A stretch of DNA of 59,734 nucleotides from Acutalibacteraceae bacterium. Lineage in GTDB: Bacteria > Spirochaetota > Spirochaetia > Sphaerochaetales > Sphaerochaetaceae. The position numbers and the translations under genes are program-made. The stretch is from contig CAVFVX010000001.1 of the NCBI GenBank assembly GCA_963626075.1, positions 1 to 59,734 on the forward strand, written 5' to 3'. The notes under the pieces were generated by a model that made no database searches, was not told the origin of the DNA, and was given only the letters and a program-made list of their open reading frames with translations. Of this stretch, positions 1-10,197 are shown piece by piece; position 1 is the first letter of the stretch; the number at the start of each line of letters is the position of its first letter.

Positions 1-2310
1 GACTCTCTCGGAAACAGAAGAGTCAGAACAGTCAGGGAGCTTCTCGAGAACAGCCTCGGCGACGCATTCAGCAAGATGGTCAAGGCCGCAAAGGACAAGA
101 TGAACATCTCCGACGACGACGTAAGGCCGCAGGACATCATCTCCATCAAGCCGGTAATCGGAGCTGTCAGGGAGTTCTTCGGTTCATCGCAGCTGAGTCA
201 GTTCATGGACCAGGTCAACCCGCTTGCAGAGCTTACGCACAAGAGAAGAATCTCGGCTATCGGCCCGAAGGGAGGTATCAAGAGGGACAACGCACGTCAG
301 CTCTTCGATGTCCGAGATGTCAACTATACGCACTACGGAAAGATCTGTCCTATCGAGACACCTGAAGGCGGCAACATCGGTCTTATCCTCACGCTCGCGA
401 ACTACGCGAAGATCAACGACTACGGCTTCATCCAGACTCCGTACCGCCGTGTTCTCGACGGTGTCGTCACCGACGACTGCAGATACCTCGACGTAAACGA
501 CGAGGAGAAGGCGAAGATCGCACAGGGAAACGCAGAGGTCGAGAAGGGAAAGGACGGCAGGTTCCACCTCAAGGGTGAGGTATCTGTCAGAGCCAACCAG
601 GACTACTCGACTGCATCCCCGAAGGATATCGACTGGATGGATGTATCCCCCAAGCAGGTTGTGTCCGTAGCGGCATCACTCATTCCGTTCCTCGAACACG
701 ACGACGCCAACCGTGCCCTCATGGGTTCGAACATGCAGCGTCAGGCAGTTCCTCTCGTATTCCCCGAGACTCCGCGTGTCGGTACCGGTATGGAGAGAAG
801 AACCGCATTCGACTCCTCCATCATGGTCAAGGCGAGAAGAGCGGGAAAGGTCGTATATGTATCTTCGGTGACAATCAAGATCGAACCCGATGAACCGACG
901 GTTCCGGGAGAACTCGATGTATATGAGCTCAGAAAGTACGAGATCACGAACCAGGATTCCTGCATGAACCAGCGCCCGCTCGTGACTGTCGGCGACAGGG
1001 TGAAGAAGGACGATGTCCTTGCAGACGGCCCGAGCACCGATCACGGAGAGCTCGCCCTCGGAAGAAACATCCTCGTCGGCTTCGTACCATGGAACGGCTA
1101 CAACTACGAGGACGCCGTCCTCATCAGCGAGAGAGTCGTCAGCGAGGATATCTACACATCGATTCATATCAAGGAATACGATGTCGACAGAAAGGAGACC
1201 AAGCTCGGTGAGGAGAGATTCTCACGCGACCTCCCGAATACAAGCGAGAAGTCCGTCGAGCACCTCGACAGCGAAGGTATCGTATGCATCGGTACATATG
1301 TACACTCCGGAGACATCCTCGTCGGTAAGACGACTCCGAAGACGGAGACGGAGAACACACCGGAGCAGAAGCTCCTGAACTCCATCTTCGGCGAGAAGAG
1401 CAAGGATACGAGAAACGCATCCCTCGTCGTTCCGCACGGAGTGGAAGGTACGGTCATCGACATCCAGAGAATAACGAAGAAGGAGGAACTCAGCCCGGGT
1501 TCCCTCGAGACAGTCAAGGTCTACATCGCCACAAAGCGCAAGCTCAAGCAGGGCGACAAGATGGCCGGCCGTCACGGTAACAAGGGTGTCGTTTCAAGAG
1601 TTCTTCCCCAGGAGGATATGCCTTACATGGAGGACGGTACACCGCTCGATGTATGTCTCAACCCGCTCGGCGTTCCTTCTCGAATGAACATAGGTCAGCT
1701 CATGGAGACACAGCTGGGTTGGGCTGCAGTCAAGAACGATGTCTGGTACAAGACCCCCGTCTTCCAGTCTGCGACAATGGAGCAGATCGAGGAGGAGATG
1801 GTCAAGGCGGGACTTCCGAAGGACAGCAAGGTCACGCTCTACGACGGAAGAACGGGTGTGCCGTTCGTCAACAAGGTATTCTGCGGCTACATCTACTACC
1901 TCAAGCTCCACCATCTCGTCGACGACAAGATGCATGCCCGTGCTACAGGTCCGTACTCACTCGTCACACAGCAGCCTCTCGGCGGTAAGGCAATGTTCGG
2001 AGGCCAGAGACTGGGTGAAATGGAGGTATGGGCATTCGAGGCATACGGTGCCGCGAACAACCTCCAGGAGCTTCTGACGGTCAAGTCCGATGACATGAAG
2101 GGAAGAGTCAACATCTACCAGGCTATCGTCAAGGGCGAACCGGCTGCACATCCGGATGATCTTCCGGAAGGATACAAGGTTCTCTGCCAGGGACTGAGAG
2201 GTCTCGCACTGGATCTTGCTGCATATGATGAGAACGGCAGGCTTATTCCTCTCACCGAGAAGGACAAGGAGATAATCAGCAAGGCCGAAAAGGAAAAGAA
2301 CAACCAGTAA
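1..2310 (+). CDS. rpoB: DNA-directed RNA polymerase subunit beta, 5'-truncated by window edge
   Basis: Frame 1 is open from nt 1 ([17 protein letters not shown]). ORF 76..2310 carries beta-subunit motifs ([41 protein letters not shown]). rpoC follows 11 nt later. Confidence 0.97.
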   Translation, partial: DSLGNRRVRTVRELLENSLGDAFSKMVKAAKDKMNISDDDVRPQDIISIKPVIGAVREFFGSSQLSQFMDQVNPLAELTHKRRISAIGPKGGIKRDNARQLFDVRDVNYTHYGKICPIETPEGGNIGLILTLANYAKINDYGFIQTPYRRVLDGVVTDDCRYLDVNDEEKAKIAQGNAEVEKGKDGRFHLKGEVSVRANQDYSTASPKDIDWMDVSPKQVVSVAASLIPFLEHDDANRALMGSNMQRQAVPLVFPETPRVGTGMERRTAFDSSIMVKARRAGKVVYVSSVTIKIEPDEPTVPGELDVYELRKYEITNQDSCMNQRPLVTVGDRVKKDDVLADGPSTDHGELALGRNILVGFVPWNGYNYEDAVLISERVVSEDIYTSIHIKEYDVDRKETKLGEERFSRDLPNTSEKSVEHLDSEGIVCIGTYVHSGDILVGKTTPKTETENTPEQKLLNSIFGEKSKDTRNASLVVPHGVEGTVIDIQRITKKEELSPGSLETVKVYIATKRKLKQGDKMAGRHGNKGVVSRVLPQEDMPYMEDGTPLDVCLNPLGVPSRMNIGQLMETQLGWAAVKNDVWYKTPVFQSATMEQIEEEMVKAGLPKDSKVTLYDGRTGVPFVNKVFCGYIYYLKLHHLVDDKMHARATGPYSLVTQQPLGGKAMFGGQRLGEMEVWAFEAYGAANNLQELLTVKSDDMKGRVNIYQAIVKGEPAAHPDDLPEGYKVLCQGLRGLALDLAAYDENGRLIPLTEKDKEIISKAEKEKNNQ

Positions 2311-2321
2311 GGAGGCACGGG

Positions 2322-5300
2322 ATGAGCGATACACATGATATCAGTACATTAAGAATTAAGATTGCATCCCCGGATCAGATACTCTCCTGGTCCTACGGCG
2401 AAGTGAAGAAGCCGGAGACAATCAACTACCGCTCCCTGAGGCCGGAGAGAGACGGTCTCTTCTGCGAGCGTATCTTCGGAACCACACGTGACTGGGAATG
2501 CTGGTGCGGAAAGTTCAAGAGCAAGAGATACAAGGGCACCGTATGTGAACGCTGCGGTGTCGAGGTAACGGAGAAGAAGGTCAGACGTGAGCGCAGCGGC
2601 CACATCAAGCTTGCAACCCCCGTCGCACATGTCTGGTTCTACAAGTCACAGCCCTCCATCATGAGCTATCTTCTCGAGATGAAGAAGGCGGACTTCAACT
2701 CCATCTTCAAGTACGAGAGCTACGTCGTCATCGACCCCGGTCAGGTTGACGGCCTCTCGAAGTGCCAGGTTCTCAGCGAGGAGGAGTACGACGAGTACAT
2801 CCTCAAGTACGGTGAGGACTCCTTCCGCGCAGGAATGGGTGCGGAGGCAATCTACGAACTTTTAAAGGGACTCGACCTTGTCGCTCTCAGGGAGAAGAAC
2901 AGGGAGATACTTGCCGAAATCATCCGCAAGAACGGAAAGACGGACAGCGGAGAGGCAAAGAAGGCCGCATCGGTCATCAAGTACTGCACATGGTTCATCG
3001 ATTCCGGCAACCAGCCCGAGTGGATGATTCTGACTGTCCTTCCCGTAATCCCGCCTGATCTCAGACCTATGGTCCAGCTCGACGGCGGAAGATTCGCAAC
3101 GACGGACCTCAACGAACTGTACAGGAGAGTCATCAACAGAAACAACCGTCTCCAGCGCCTCATTTCAATCCAGGCACCGGACATCATCGTACGCAACGAG
3201 AAGAGAATGCTCCAGGAAGCAGTCGACTGCCTCCTCGATAACGGAAAGGTCGAGAACCCTGCAAAGGGTGCATCCAAGAGGGATCTCAAGTCTCTTGCAG
3301 ACCAGCTCAAGGGTAAGCAGGGAAGATTCAGACAGAACCTCCTGGGTAAGCGTGTCGACTATTCCGGTCGTTCCGTCATCGTCGTCGGCCCGGAACTCAG
3401 GATGCATCAGTGCGGTGTCCCGTCACTCATGGCTCTCGAGCTCTTCAAGCCCTTCCTCATCAGGAAGCTCCACGACAACGGCATTGCACCGAACGTCAAG
3501 AAGGCGAAGGTCATGGTCGAAGAGGGAGCACCGGAAGTGTGGGGAATCCTCGAGGACGTCGTCAAGGAGCACCCGGTCATGCTCAACCGTGCACCGACAC
3601 TCCACAGACTCGGCTTCCAGGCATTCGAACCCGTCCTCGTCGACGGCAAGGCCCTCAAGCTCCATCCGCTCGTATGTCACGCATTCAACGCCGACTTCGA
3701 CGGAGACCAGATGGCAATCCATGTTCCTCTTTCCGAGGCTGCACAGCTTGAGTGCTGGACACTCATGCTCAGCACCACGAACCTCCTCGACCCCGCAAAC
3801 GGAAAGCCGATTGCGTACCCGTCGCAGGACATGGTCCTCGGTATATACTACCTGACGAAGGAGAGATTCGACCTCGACAGGAAGGAGAAGAGAAAGCACT
3901 TCGACTCCCTGAGCGAAATCGAAGCCGCAATCGATGCCTGCAGCGTCTCGTACAACGAGAGAATATATTACCGCCTCAGAGAAGGCCTCACCATCATCGA
4001 CGAGAAGGGCAACAGGACAGTGTCCGACGGCGTGAAGTGGACAGAGACCACTCCGGGCAGAATCATCTTCAATTCCTCGATTCCGACGGGTCTTCCGTTC
4101 CAGAACTACTGCCTCGGAGACAAGCAGCTGAAGAAGCTCATCACCGCTACCCTCGAGAGCGACAAGCCCTCCGTTGCAGTCGAGCTCCTCGACTCGGTTA
4201 AGAGCCTTGGATACAAGTATGCTACGCTCTTTGGTGCAACAATCGGCCTCAGCGACATGATCGTTCCGTCCGGCAAGAAGGCACTCATCGAGAAGGCCGA
4301 GAAGGAAGAGGCCCACATCAAGGACCAGCTCCTCAGCGGTACAATCTCCGAAGAGGAAAAGAAGAGCAAGGTCATCTCGCTCTGGAACAGCACGAAGAAC
4401 GAGCTCACGGACCTTCTCATGAAGGAGATGAGGGAGGATCAGCACGGCTTCAACCCGCTCTTCATGATGGCCGACTCCGGCGCTCGAGGAAGCTCGAAGC
4501 AGATTTCACAGCTCGGTGCCATGAGAGGAATCATGACAAAGCCGAACGGAGACAACATCGAGCTCCCTGTCAAGTCGAACTTCAAGGAAGGACTTTCGAT
4601 CATCGAATTCTTCTTCTCCTCGAACGGTGCAAGAAAGGGTCTTACAGATACCGCCCTCAAGACGGCAAGAGCAGGTTACCTCACCCGTAAGCTCGTCGAT
4701 GTCGCACAGGACGTCGTCGTCACGATGGAGGACTGCCACACCATCAACGGTATGTGGGTCAGCGCGGATGCCGCGAAGAACGAGACACTCTACAGTAAGA
4801 TTGCGGGATCCTTCCCCGTCGAAGACGTACTCCATCCGTTCCTCAAGGACGAAGAGGGTAAGCCCGTAGTCCTCGCAAAGGCCAATGAGCTCATCACCAA
4901 CGAGATGGCTGCGGCAATCGAAGACGCAGGCGTCGAGAAGGTACTCATCAGAAGCGTACTCACATGTGAAGCGGAGCACGGTGTCTGCAAGAAGTGCTAC
5001 GGACGCAACTACGCAACCAACAAGACCGTTGAAATCGGAGAGGCAGTAGGTGTCGTCGCGGCACAGTCCATCGGACAGCCCGGTACACAGCTCACGATGA
5101 GAACGTTCCATGCCGGCGGTATTGCAACTGTCTCCTCGAACGAGAAGAGCTTCGACTACCCCGTCATCGTCGACGGAATAAACTCCAACCTCTACGTAAT
5201 CAACCAGGAGGGAAAGAGAATATTCCCGCGTAAGAGCAGATACACCGTCACGAAGATTCTCGACGAGATCACGGGCGCTTATTCCGAACTTCTTGTCCGG

Positions 5301-6737
5301 AACGGCGAGAACGTAGGTAAGGGCTATGCCTTCTACAAGGACCTTTCGGGCAAGGAAGTCATCTCGAAGTTCAACGGTAAGCTTCTTGTCACGAACGGAA
5401 GGACATTCGTCATCGGTGCGACAAGCGAAGAGGAAATCCCGGTAGGTACAGTACTCAGCGCGGCAGTCGAGAACGGTGCGGTCATCCCCGCGGGAGACGT
5501 CGTCTACACATTCGACCCGTTCAACGAGCTCATCATCGCCGAAGAGGACAGCACGATAAAGGAGATGAAGGACTTCGTCGCCAGAAAGAGCTACCTCGTA
5601 GTCGAGAACCACGTATCCGGTGTCAAGGAATGGCATACCGTTTCGAGAGACAAGCTCGGTAAGTACAACCCGACGGTCGTCGTCGCACTCTCCGACGGTA
5701 ACGAGAAGTCGTACACAATCCTCGGCGGCTCGATCATGCACTTCCAGGAGGAGGGACAGGTCATCCACGCAGGCGACATCATCGCTTCCGCTCCGAAGGA
5801 AGATGCAAGTAAGAGTAAGGATATCGCGGGTGGTCTTCCGCTCGTCAACTCACTCTTCGATGCCACGAAGACGCAGACCGAGAACTACACTGTCATCGCT
5901 CACGTCACGGGTAAGGTCGAGAGAATAAAGATAGAGAAGGGCTATGCGAAGATCACGATCCTCGACAAGCTTGCGGACGTCTATCCCGAGAAGGCTGCGG
6001 ACGGAAAGAGCTTTAGACACCTCCATAAGGTTCCGACACAGGGTATCGTCCTCCTCGTCAGAGAGGGAGACGAAGTCGTCTGCGGCGACAAGCTCTGCGA
6101 CGCACAGGTCAACTCGAGAGAGGTCCTGACGGTTCAGGGAGAGACAGCAGTCCTCTCGTTCCTCGTCAAGGCAATCCAGAACGTCTACAGGGAACAGGAT
6201 ATCGAAATCAACGAGAAGCATCTCTCGATCATCATCCGTCAGATGCTCAGAACGGTCGAGATCGTAAGAAGCAACGATACGAGATTCATCGAGAACCAGA
6301 AGGTCGACAAGCTCGAATTCCTCAGGGAGAACGAGAAGGCCAGAAAGGAGGGAAGAGTTCCCGCCATCGGAAGGCCCTGCCTCAGCGGCGTCTCGGATGC
6401 GGCTCGTAACAGCGAATCCTTCATCTCGGGCGCATCGTTCGCGCACACTGTGCAGACGTTGACAGAAGCAGCCATAGCTGGTAAAACAGATGAGCTGAGA
6501 GGTCTCAAGGAGAACGTCATCATCGGTAAGCTGATTCCGGCGGGAACCGGATTCGTCGGCTACAGGGATATCGTACTCCCGGAGGACGAGAAGCTTCTTG
6601 AAGAGCAGAAGATCAAGGATGCAAACAGGGCCGCGAACCCCGTCATCGAAGATGATACTGACTTCGAGGATCTTGCGGAAATGAAGACTGTAGGAGACGA
6701 CAGAGAAATCGGCGATGCCATGACAGATGAGGAGTGA
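2322..6737 (+). CDS. rpoC: DNA-directed RNA polymerase subunit beta' (1471 aa)
   Basis: Zinc-ribbon CERCGVEV and catalytic NADFDGDQMAIHVP. A long insertion of roughly aa 950-1150 lies in the trigger-loop region. Immediately downstream of rpoB. Confidence 0.97.
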   Translation: MSDTHDISTLRIKIASPDQILSWSYGEVKKPETINYRSLRPERDGLFCERIFGTTRDWECWCGKFKSKRYKGTVCERCGVEVTEKKVRRERSGHIKLATPVAHVWFYKSQPSIMSYLLEMKKADFNSIFKYESYVVIDPGQVDGLSKCQVLSEEEYDEYILKYGEDSFRAGMGAEAIYELLKGLDLVALREKNREILAEIIRKNGKTDSGEAKKAASVIKYCTWFIDSGNQPEWMILTVLPVIPPDLRPMVQLDGGRFATTDLNELYRRVINRNNRLQRLISIQAPDIIVRNEKRMLQEAVDCLLDNGKVENPAKGASKRDLKSLADQLKGKQGRFRQNLLGKRVDYSGRSVIVVGPELRMHQCGVPSLMALELFKPFLIRKLHDNGIAPNVKKAKVMVEEGAPEVWGILEDVVKEHPVMLNRAPTLHRLGFQAFEPVLVDGKALKLHPLVCHAFNADFDGDQMAIHVPLSEAAQLECWTLMLSTTNLLDPANGKPIAYPSQDMVLGIYYLTKERFDLDRKEKRKHFDSLSEIEAAIDACSVSYNERIYYRLREGLTIIDEKGNRTVSDGVKWTETTPGRIIFNSSIPTGLPFQNYCLGDKQLKKLITATLESDKPSVAVELLDSVKSLGYKYATLFGATIGLSDMIVPSGKKALIEKAEKEEAHIKDQLLSGTISEEEKKSKVISLWNSTKNELTDLLMKEMREDQHGFNPLFMMADSGARGSSKQISQLGAMRGIMTKPNGDNIELPVKSNFKEGLSIIEFFFSSNGARKGLTDTALKTARAGYLTRKLVDVAQDVVVTMEDCHTINGMWVSADAAKNETLYSKIAGSFPVEDVLHPFLKDEEGKPVVLAKANELITNEMAAAIEDAGVEKVLIRSVLTCEAEHGVCKKCYGRNYATNKTVEIGEAVGVVAAQSIGQPGTQLTMRTFHAGGIATVSSNEKSFDYPVIVDGINSNLYVINQEGKRIFPRKSRYTVTKILDEITGAYSELLVRNGENVGKGYAFYKDLSGKEVISKFNGKLLVTNGRTFVIGATSEEEIPVGTVLSAAVENGAVIPAGDVVYTFDPFNELIIAEEDSTIKEMKDFVARKSYLVVENHVSGVKEWHTVSRDKLGKYNPTVVVALSDGNEKSYTILGGSIMHFQEEGQVIHAGDIIASAPKEDASKSKDIAGGLPLVNSLFDATKTQTENYTVIAHVTGKVERIKIEKGYAKITILDKLADVYPEKAADGKSFRHLHKVPTQGIVLLVREGDEVVCGDKLCDAQVNSREVLTVQGETAVLSFLVKAIQNVYREQDIEINEKHLSIIIRQMLRTVEIVRSNDTRFIENQKVDKLEFLRENEKARKEGRVPAIGRPCLSGVSDAARNSESFISGASFAHTVQTLTEAAIAGKTDELRGLKENVIIGKLIPAGTGFVGYRDIVLPEDEKLLEEQKIKDANRAANPVIEDDTDFEDLAEMKTVGDDREIGDAMTDEE

Positions 6738-6805
6738 CGCCTGTCGGCGCCCTCCCCGGGTATCGCTGCTGCCGCCTCATGCTGACTGCAGTTTTTAAAT
6801 AGAAA

Positions 6806-6821
6806 CCCCGCCTGTGCGGGG
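6806..6821 (+). promoter_or_regulatory. GC hairpin in the 139-nt rpoC-rpsL spacer
   Basis: CCCCGC-ctgt-GCGGGG. There is no clear U-tract after it, so the function (processing site or weak attenuator) is unknown. Confidence 0.3.
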
Positions 6822-6876
6822 TGGTAGGGAGAAGCGGTGTGAGACGCCTCTCCAAAGAAAAAGGAGCGTCGAAAAG

Positions 6877-7251
6877 ATGCCTACAATTAATCAGCTTATC
6901 AGAAAGGGCAGAAGTACTTCCAAGCAGAAGACGAAATCCCCGGCTCTTGAGGGTTGCCCGCAGAAAAGAGGTGTATGTACAAGAGTCATGACAGTTACAC
7001 CTAAGAAACCTAACTCTGCTCTCAGAAAGGTAGCCAGAGTCAGACTCTCGAACGGAATCGAAGTCACAGCTTACATTCCGGGTATCGGACACAACCTTCA
7101 GGAACACTCCGTCGTCCTCATCAGAGGCGGAAGAGTCAAGGACCTCCCCGGTGTCAGATATCACATCATCCGCGGCAGCAAGGATACTCTCGGTGTCGCA
7201 GACAGAAAGAGAAGCCGCTCCAAGTATGGTGCGAAGAGGCCAAAGGCTTGA
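6877..7251 (+). CDS. rpsL: 30S ribosomal protein S12
   Basis: Starts [12 protein letters not shown] with AAGGAG upstream. The ORF-track start at 6814 is an in-frame upstream extension. Confidence 0.96.
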   Translation: MPTINQLIRKGRSTSKQKTKSPALEGCPQKRGVCTRVMTVTPKKPNSALRKVARVRLSNGIEVTAYIPGIGHNLQEHSVVLIRGGRVKDLPGVRYHIIRGSKDTLGVADRKRSRSKYGAKRPKA

Positions 7252-7254
7252 TAG

Positions 7255-7734
<480 letters not shown>

Positions 7735-7754
7735 CAGGATACGGGAAAAGAAAA

Positions 7755-7780
7755 GGGACTGCGCGAAACAGTCCCTTTTT
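7755..7780. terminator. Bidirectional rho-independent terminator between rpsG (+) and the TSCPD gene (-)
   Basis: GGGACTG-cgcgaaa-CAGTCCC followed by TTTTT. It is preceded by AAAA, which gives a U-tract on the minus strand. Confidence 0.75.
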
Positions 7781-7795
7781 AAATGTCCCGTGTTC

Positions 7796-8044
7796 TCAGA
7801 TATTCTCTCTGATTGCCCGGCTCAGCTGGTCTGCACACGATGTGGGCTTGAAGCCGCAGGTGTTGCCTGCGAGAATTGCCGCCACGTCCTCGGCCTTCTG
7901 ACCTTCGCAGAGCTTTCCGATTGCCTTCAGGTTGCCGTTGCAGCCTCCGTCGAAGGAGAGGTTGTGAATCCTCTTCTCGTCGTCGATATCGAAATGGATG
8001 GCACGTGCGCATGTGCCCTTTGTCTGATAATTGACTGTCTTCAT
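7796..8044 (-). CDS. Small TSCPD-domain protein (TIGR03905-like, 82 aa)
   Basis: Matches the remembered consensus of the stand-alone TSCPD family: GTCARAIHFDI...FDGGCNGNLKAI...CGFKPTSCADQL. GAGGAAAACA lies before the ATG. Confidence 0.7.
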   Translation of the reverse strand: MKTVNYQTKGTCARAIHFDIDDEKRIHNLSFDGGCNGNLKAIGKLCEGQKAEDVAAILAGNTCGFKPTSCADQLSRAIRENI

Positions 8045-8101
8045 TGTTTTCCTCGCTTGAAGAAAAGATATTATCTTGTCGTTAAAGAGGCAAGTGAAAA
8101 C

Positions 8102-8494
8102 TCATGTGGCAATCAGATTGCTGAAGTACTTCGTCTTCCCCTCCAGAACTTCATCGTAGAAGTTCTGCTTCCAGTCGATGAAGGCTATCGAGTCCTCGAT
8201 TTCCTTTCTCGCATCCAGAAGGGACGCCCTCTTTTTCTCTAGTATGATCTTCCTCTCCGGAATGGAGCTCTCTCCCTCGAGACAGAGCTCAAGGTACTCC
8301 TTCATCTCCTGTATTGACATTCCGCAGCGCTTCAGGCATCCGAGGCTCTGTATCCACCGGATGTCGTTGTCGCTGAACACGCGGTAGTTGTTTCTGTCCC
8401 TCTTAACATTCGGCACAAGGCCTTTGTTGCAGTAGAACTTCAGATTCTCATAACTCATGCCCGTCTTTTCGCAGGCTTCTTTCATCGTATACAT
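8102..8494 (-). CDS. MerR-family transcriptional regulator
   Basis: N-terminal HTH MYTMKEACEKTGMSYENLKFYCNKGL followed by a coiled-coil dimerisation helix. The ORF extends to 8584, but the homologous start is the ATG at 8494. Confidence 0.85.
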   Translation of the reverse strand: MYTMKEACEKTGMSYENLKFYCNKGLVPNVKRDRNNYRVFSDNDIRWIQSLGCLKRCGMSIQEMKEYLELCLEGESSIPERKIILEKKRASLLDARKEIEDSIAFIDWKQNFYDEVLEGKTKYFSNLIAT

Positions 8495-8523
8495 AAAAAA
8501 CTCCGGAATCTTCAGAAAAGCTG

Positions 8524-8554
8524 TTGCCCGGTAGTAACTACCGGCTGTTACATT
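8524..8554 (+). promoter_or_regulatory. MerR-type promoter/operator for the flavodoxin-AKR operon
   Basis: -35 TTGCCC (8524-8529), a 19-nt spacer, -10 TACATT (8549-8554). A perfect 8-1-8 dyad CCGGTAGT-A-ACTACCGG (8528-8544) sits in the spacer. Divergent from the MerR gene. Confidence 0.65.
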
Positions 8555-8596
8555 CAATCTATCATCCTCCTCAGGGGATGACAAGGAGAAAAAAGA

Positions 8597-9178
8597 ATGA
8601 AAAGAATCATGCTTTCAATCACATTGTCACTGCTGACGCTCCTTTCTGCTGCCTGCAGCGGAACAAGGGAGAATACGGCAGCGGAAGAAGGAAAGGTAAA
8701 GGTTCTCGTCGTCTTTTATTCAGCAACGGGCAGTACGGAGAAGGTCGCCGGGTATATAGCTGATGCCCTGAACGCCGACCTCTTTTCTCTTGAGTGTGTA
8801 GACGGATATACATCATCCGACCTGGACTGGACGGATTCTGAAAGCAGGGTGGTGAAGGAACACAATGACGAGAGCCTCAGAAACATCAGTCTCGTAAAGA
8901 CGACTCCCGATAACTGGGATGAATATGACACCGTATTCATCGGCTATCCCATATGGTGGGGAATTGCGGCATGGCCTGTGAACAGCTTCATCAGAAACAA
9001 TGATTTCCCGGGAAAGACCGTGATACCGTTCTGCACATCAGCGTCCTCGGGACTCGGAAACAGTGCAGAACTGCTTGAAGAGATGGCAGACGGCGGCAGA
9101 TGGCTTGAGGGCAAACGCTTCAGGAGCAGCGTAAGTGGGAACGACGTCGTTTCGTGGGTAAACGGACTGGATTTCTGA
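8597..9178 (+). CDS. Flavodoxin-fold protein (Flavodoxin_4-like) with lipoprotein-type signal peptide
   Basis: Signal MKRIMLSITLSLLTLLSAAC (Cys20). This is followed by VLVVFYSATGSTEKVA, GYPIWWG and PFCTSASSG. Confidence 0.8.
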   Translation: MKRIMLSITLSLLTLLSAACSGTRENTAAEEGKVKVLVVFYSATGSTEKVAGYIADALNADLFSLECVDGYTSSDLDWTDSESRVVKEHNDESLRNISLVKTTPDNWDEYDTVFIGYPIWWGIAAWPVNSFIRNNDFPGKTVIPFCTSASSGLGNSAELLEEMADGGRWLEGKRFRSSVSGNDVVSWVNGLDF

Positions 9179-9189
9179 GGAGGTGAAAT

Positions 9190-10077
9190 ATGGAATATGC
9201 AATACTCTCCAACGGTGTGAAGATGCCGATGCTGGGATACGGAGTCTATCAGGTGGGTAAGGAAGAAGCCGAGAGGTGTGTTCTCGACGCCCTCCGCGTC
9301 GGCTACAGGTCCATCGATACTGCCCAGAGCTACTTCAATGAAGAGGAAGTCGGTAAGGCAATCGGAAAATCGGGAATGAAGAGAGAGGAGATCTTTCTGA
9401 CAAGCAAGGTCTGGATAGAACACTACGGCTATGAGGAGTGCAGGAAATCGGTACTTGAGTCAATGGAGAAACTCCGCACGGATTATATCGACCTCATGCT
9501 TCTCCATCAGCCTTTCGGCGACACCTACGGCGCATGGAGAGCACTGGAAGAACTCTACGGGGAAGGAAAGCTGAGAGCAATCGGAATTTCCAATCATTAT
9601 GCGGACAGAATGGTTGAATTCGCATCATTCGTCTCGATTCCTCCCATGGTCAACCAGATGGAGATCCATCCTCTCAATCAGCAGCTTGAACTCAAGCCCT
9701 GGGCAGACAGGTATCATATACAGCTTGAGGCATGGGCTCCGTTCGGGGAGGGCAGGAGAGGACTCTTCGAAAACGAAACCCTGAGAGAAATCGGCCTCAA
9801 GTACGGCAAGACTCCGGCCCAGGTCATCCTGAGATGGCATCTGCAGAGAGGAATCGTCGTAATCCCGAAGTCAGTACACAGGGAAAGGATGGAGGAAAAT
9901 CTCAACGTATTTGATTTTACCCTCACGGAGGAAGATATGGCTGCAATAAGGTCTCTCGATACCGCCACTTCGTCTTTCTTCTCTCATCAGGACCCCGCCA
10001 TGGTCGAGTGGTTCGTGAAGATGGTGAAGGAGAGAAAGGAAAGAAAGGACAGCAAGGGGGAAGAGAAGAACTGGTGA
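9190..10077 (+). CDS. Aldo/keto reductase (DkgA-like)
   Basis: AKR catalytic residues in context (IDTAQSY, TSKVW, LLHQP) and the C-terminal IPKS motif. Lies 11 nt after the flavodoxin gene. Confidence 0.9.
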   Translation: MEYAILSNGVKMPMLGYGVYQVGKEEAERCVLDALRVGYRSIDTAQSYFNEEEVGKAIGKSGMKREEIFLTSKVWIEHYGYEECRKSVLESMEKLRTDYIDLMLLHQPFGDTYGAWRALEELYGEGKLRAIGISNHYADRMVEFASFVSIPPMVNQMEIHPLNQQLELKPWADRYHIQLEAWAPFGEGRRGLFENETLREIGLKYGKTPAQVILRWHLQRGIVVIPKSVHRERMEENLNVFDFTLTEEDMAAIRSLDTATSSFFSHQDPAMVEWFVKMVKERKERKDSKGEEKNW

Positions 10078-10082
10078 CAAAT

Positions 10083-10106
10083 GGCCCTGTCGCCCGTGAC
10101 AGGGCC
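10083..10106 (+). terminator. Hairpin after the AKR gene
   Basis: GGCCCTGTC-gcccgt-GACAGGGCC, a 9-bp stem. The downstream T-tract is weak and interrupted. Confidence 0.4.
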
Positions 10107-10197
10107 GAACACTGAACTTTGACTTTTGAACGATCATCCTTTATCCTTATTCACGTGGGAGTGAGAACTTTCCTGATTCTTAAACCGGAGGCACGGC

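Noticed and set aside
6738-6876. An rpoC terminator or an independent small gene in the rpoC-rpsL spacer (ORF-track extension from 6814).
   Set aside because: The extension upstream of ATG 6877 has no homology to S12 and no ribosome-binding site. The hairpins present lack U-tracts, so I list only a low-confidence structure.
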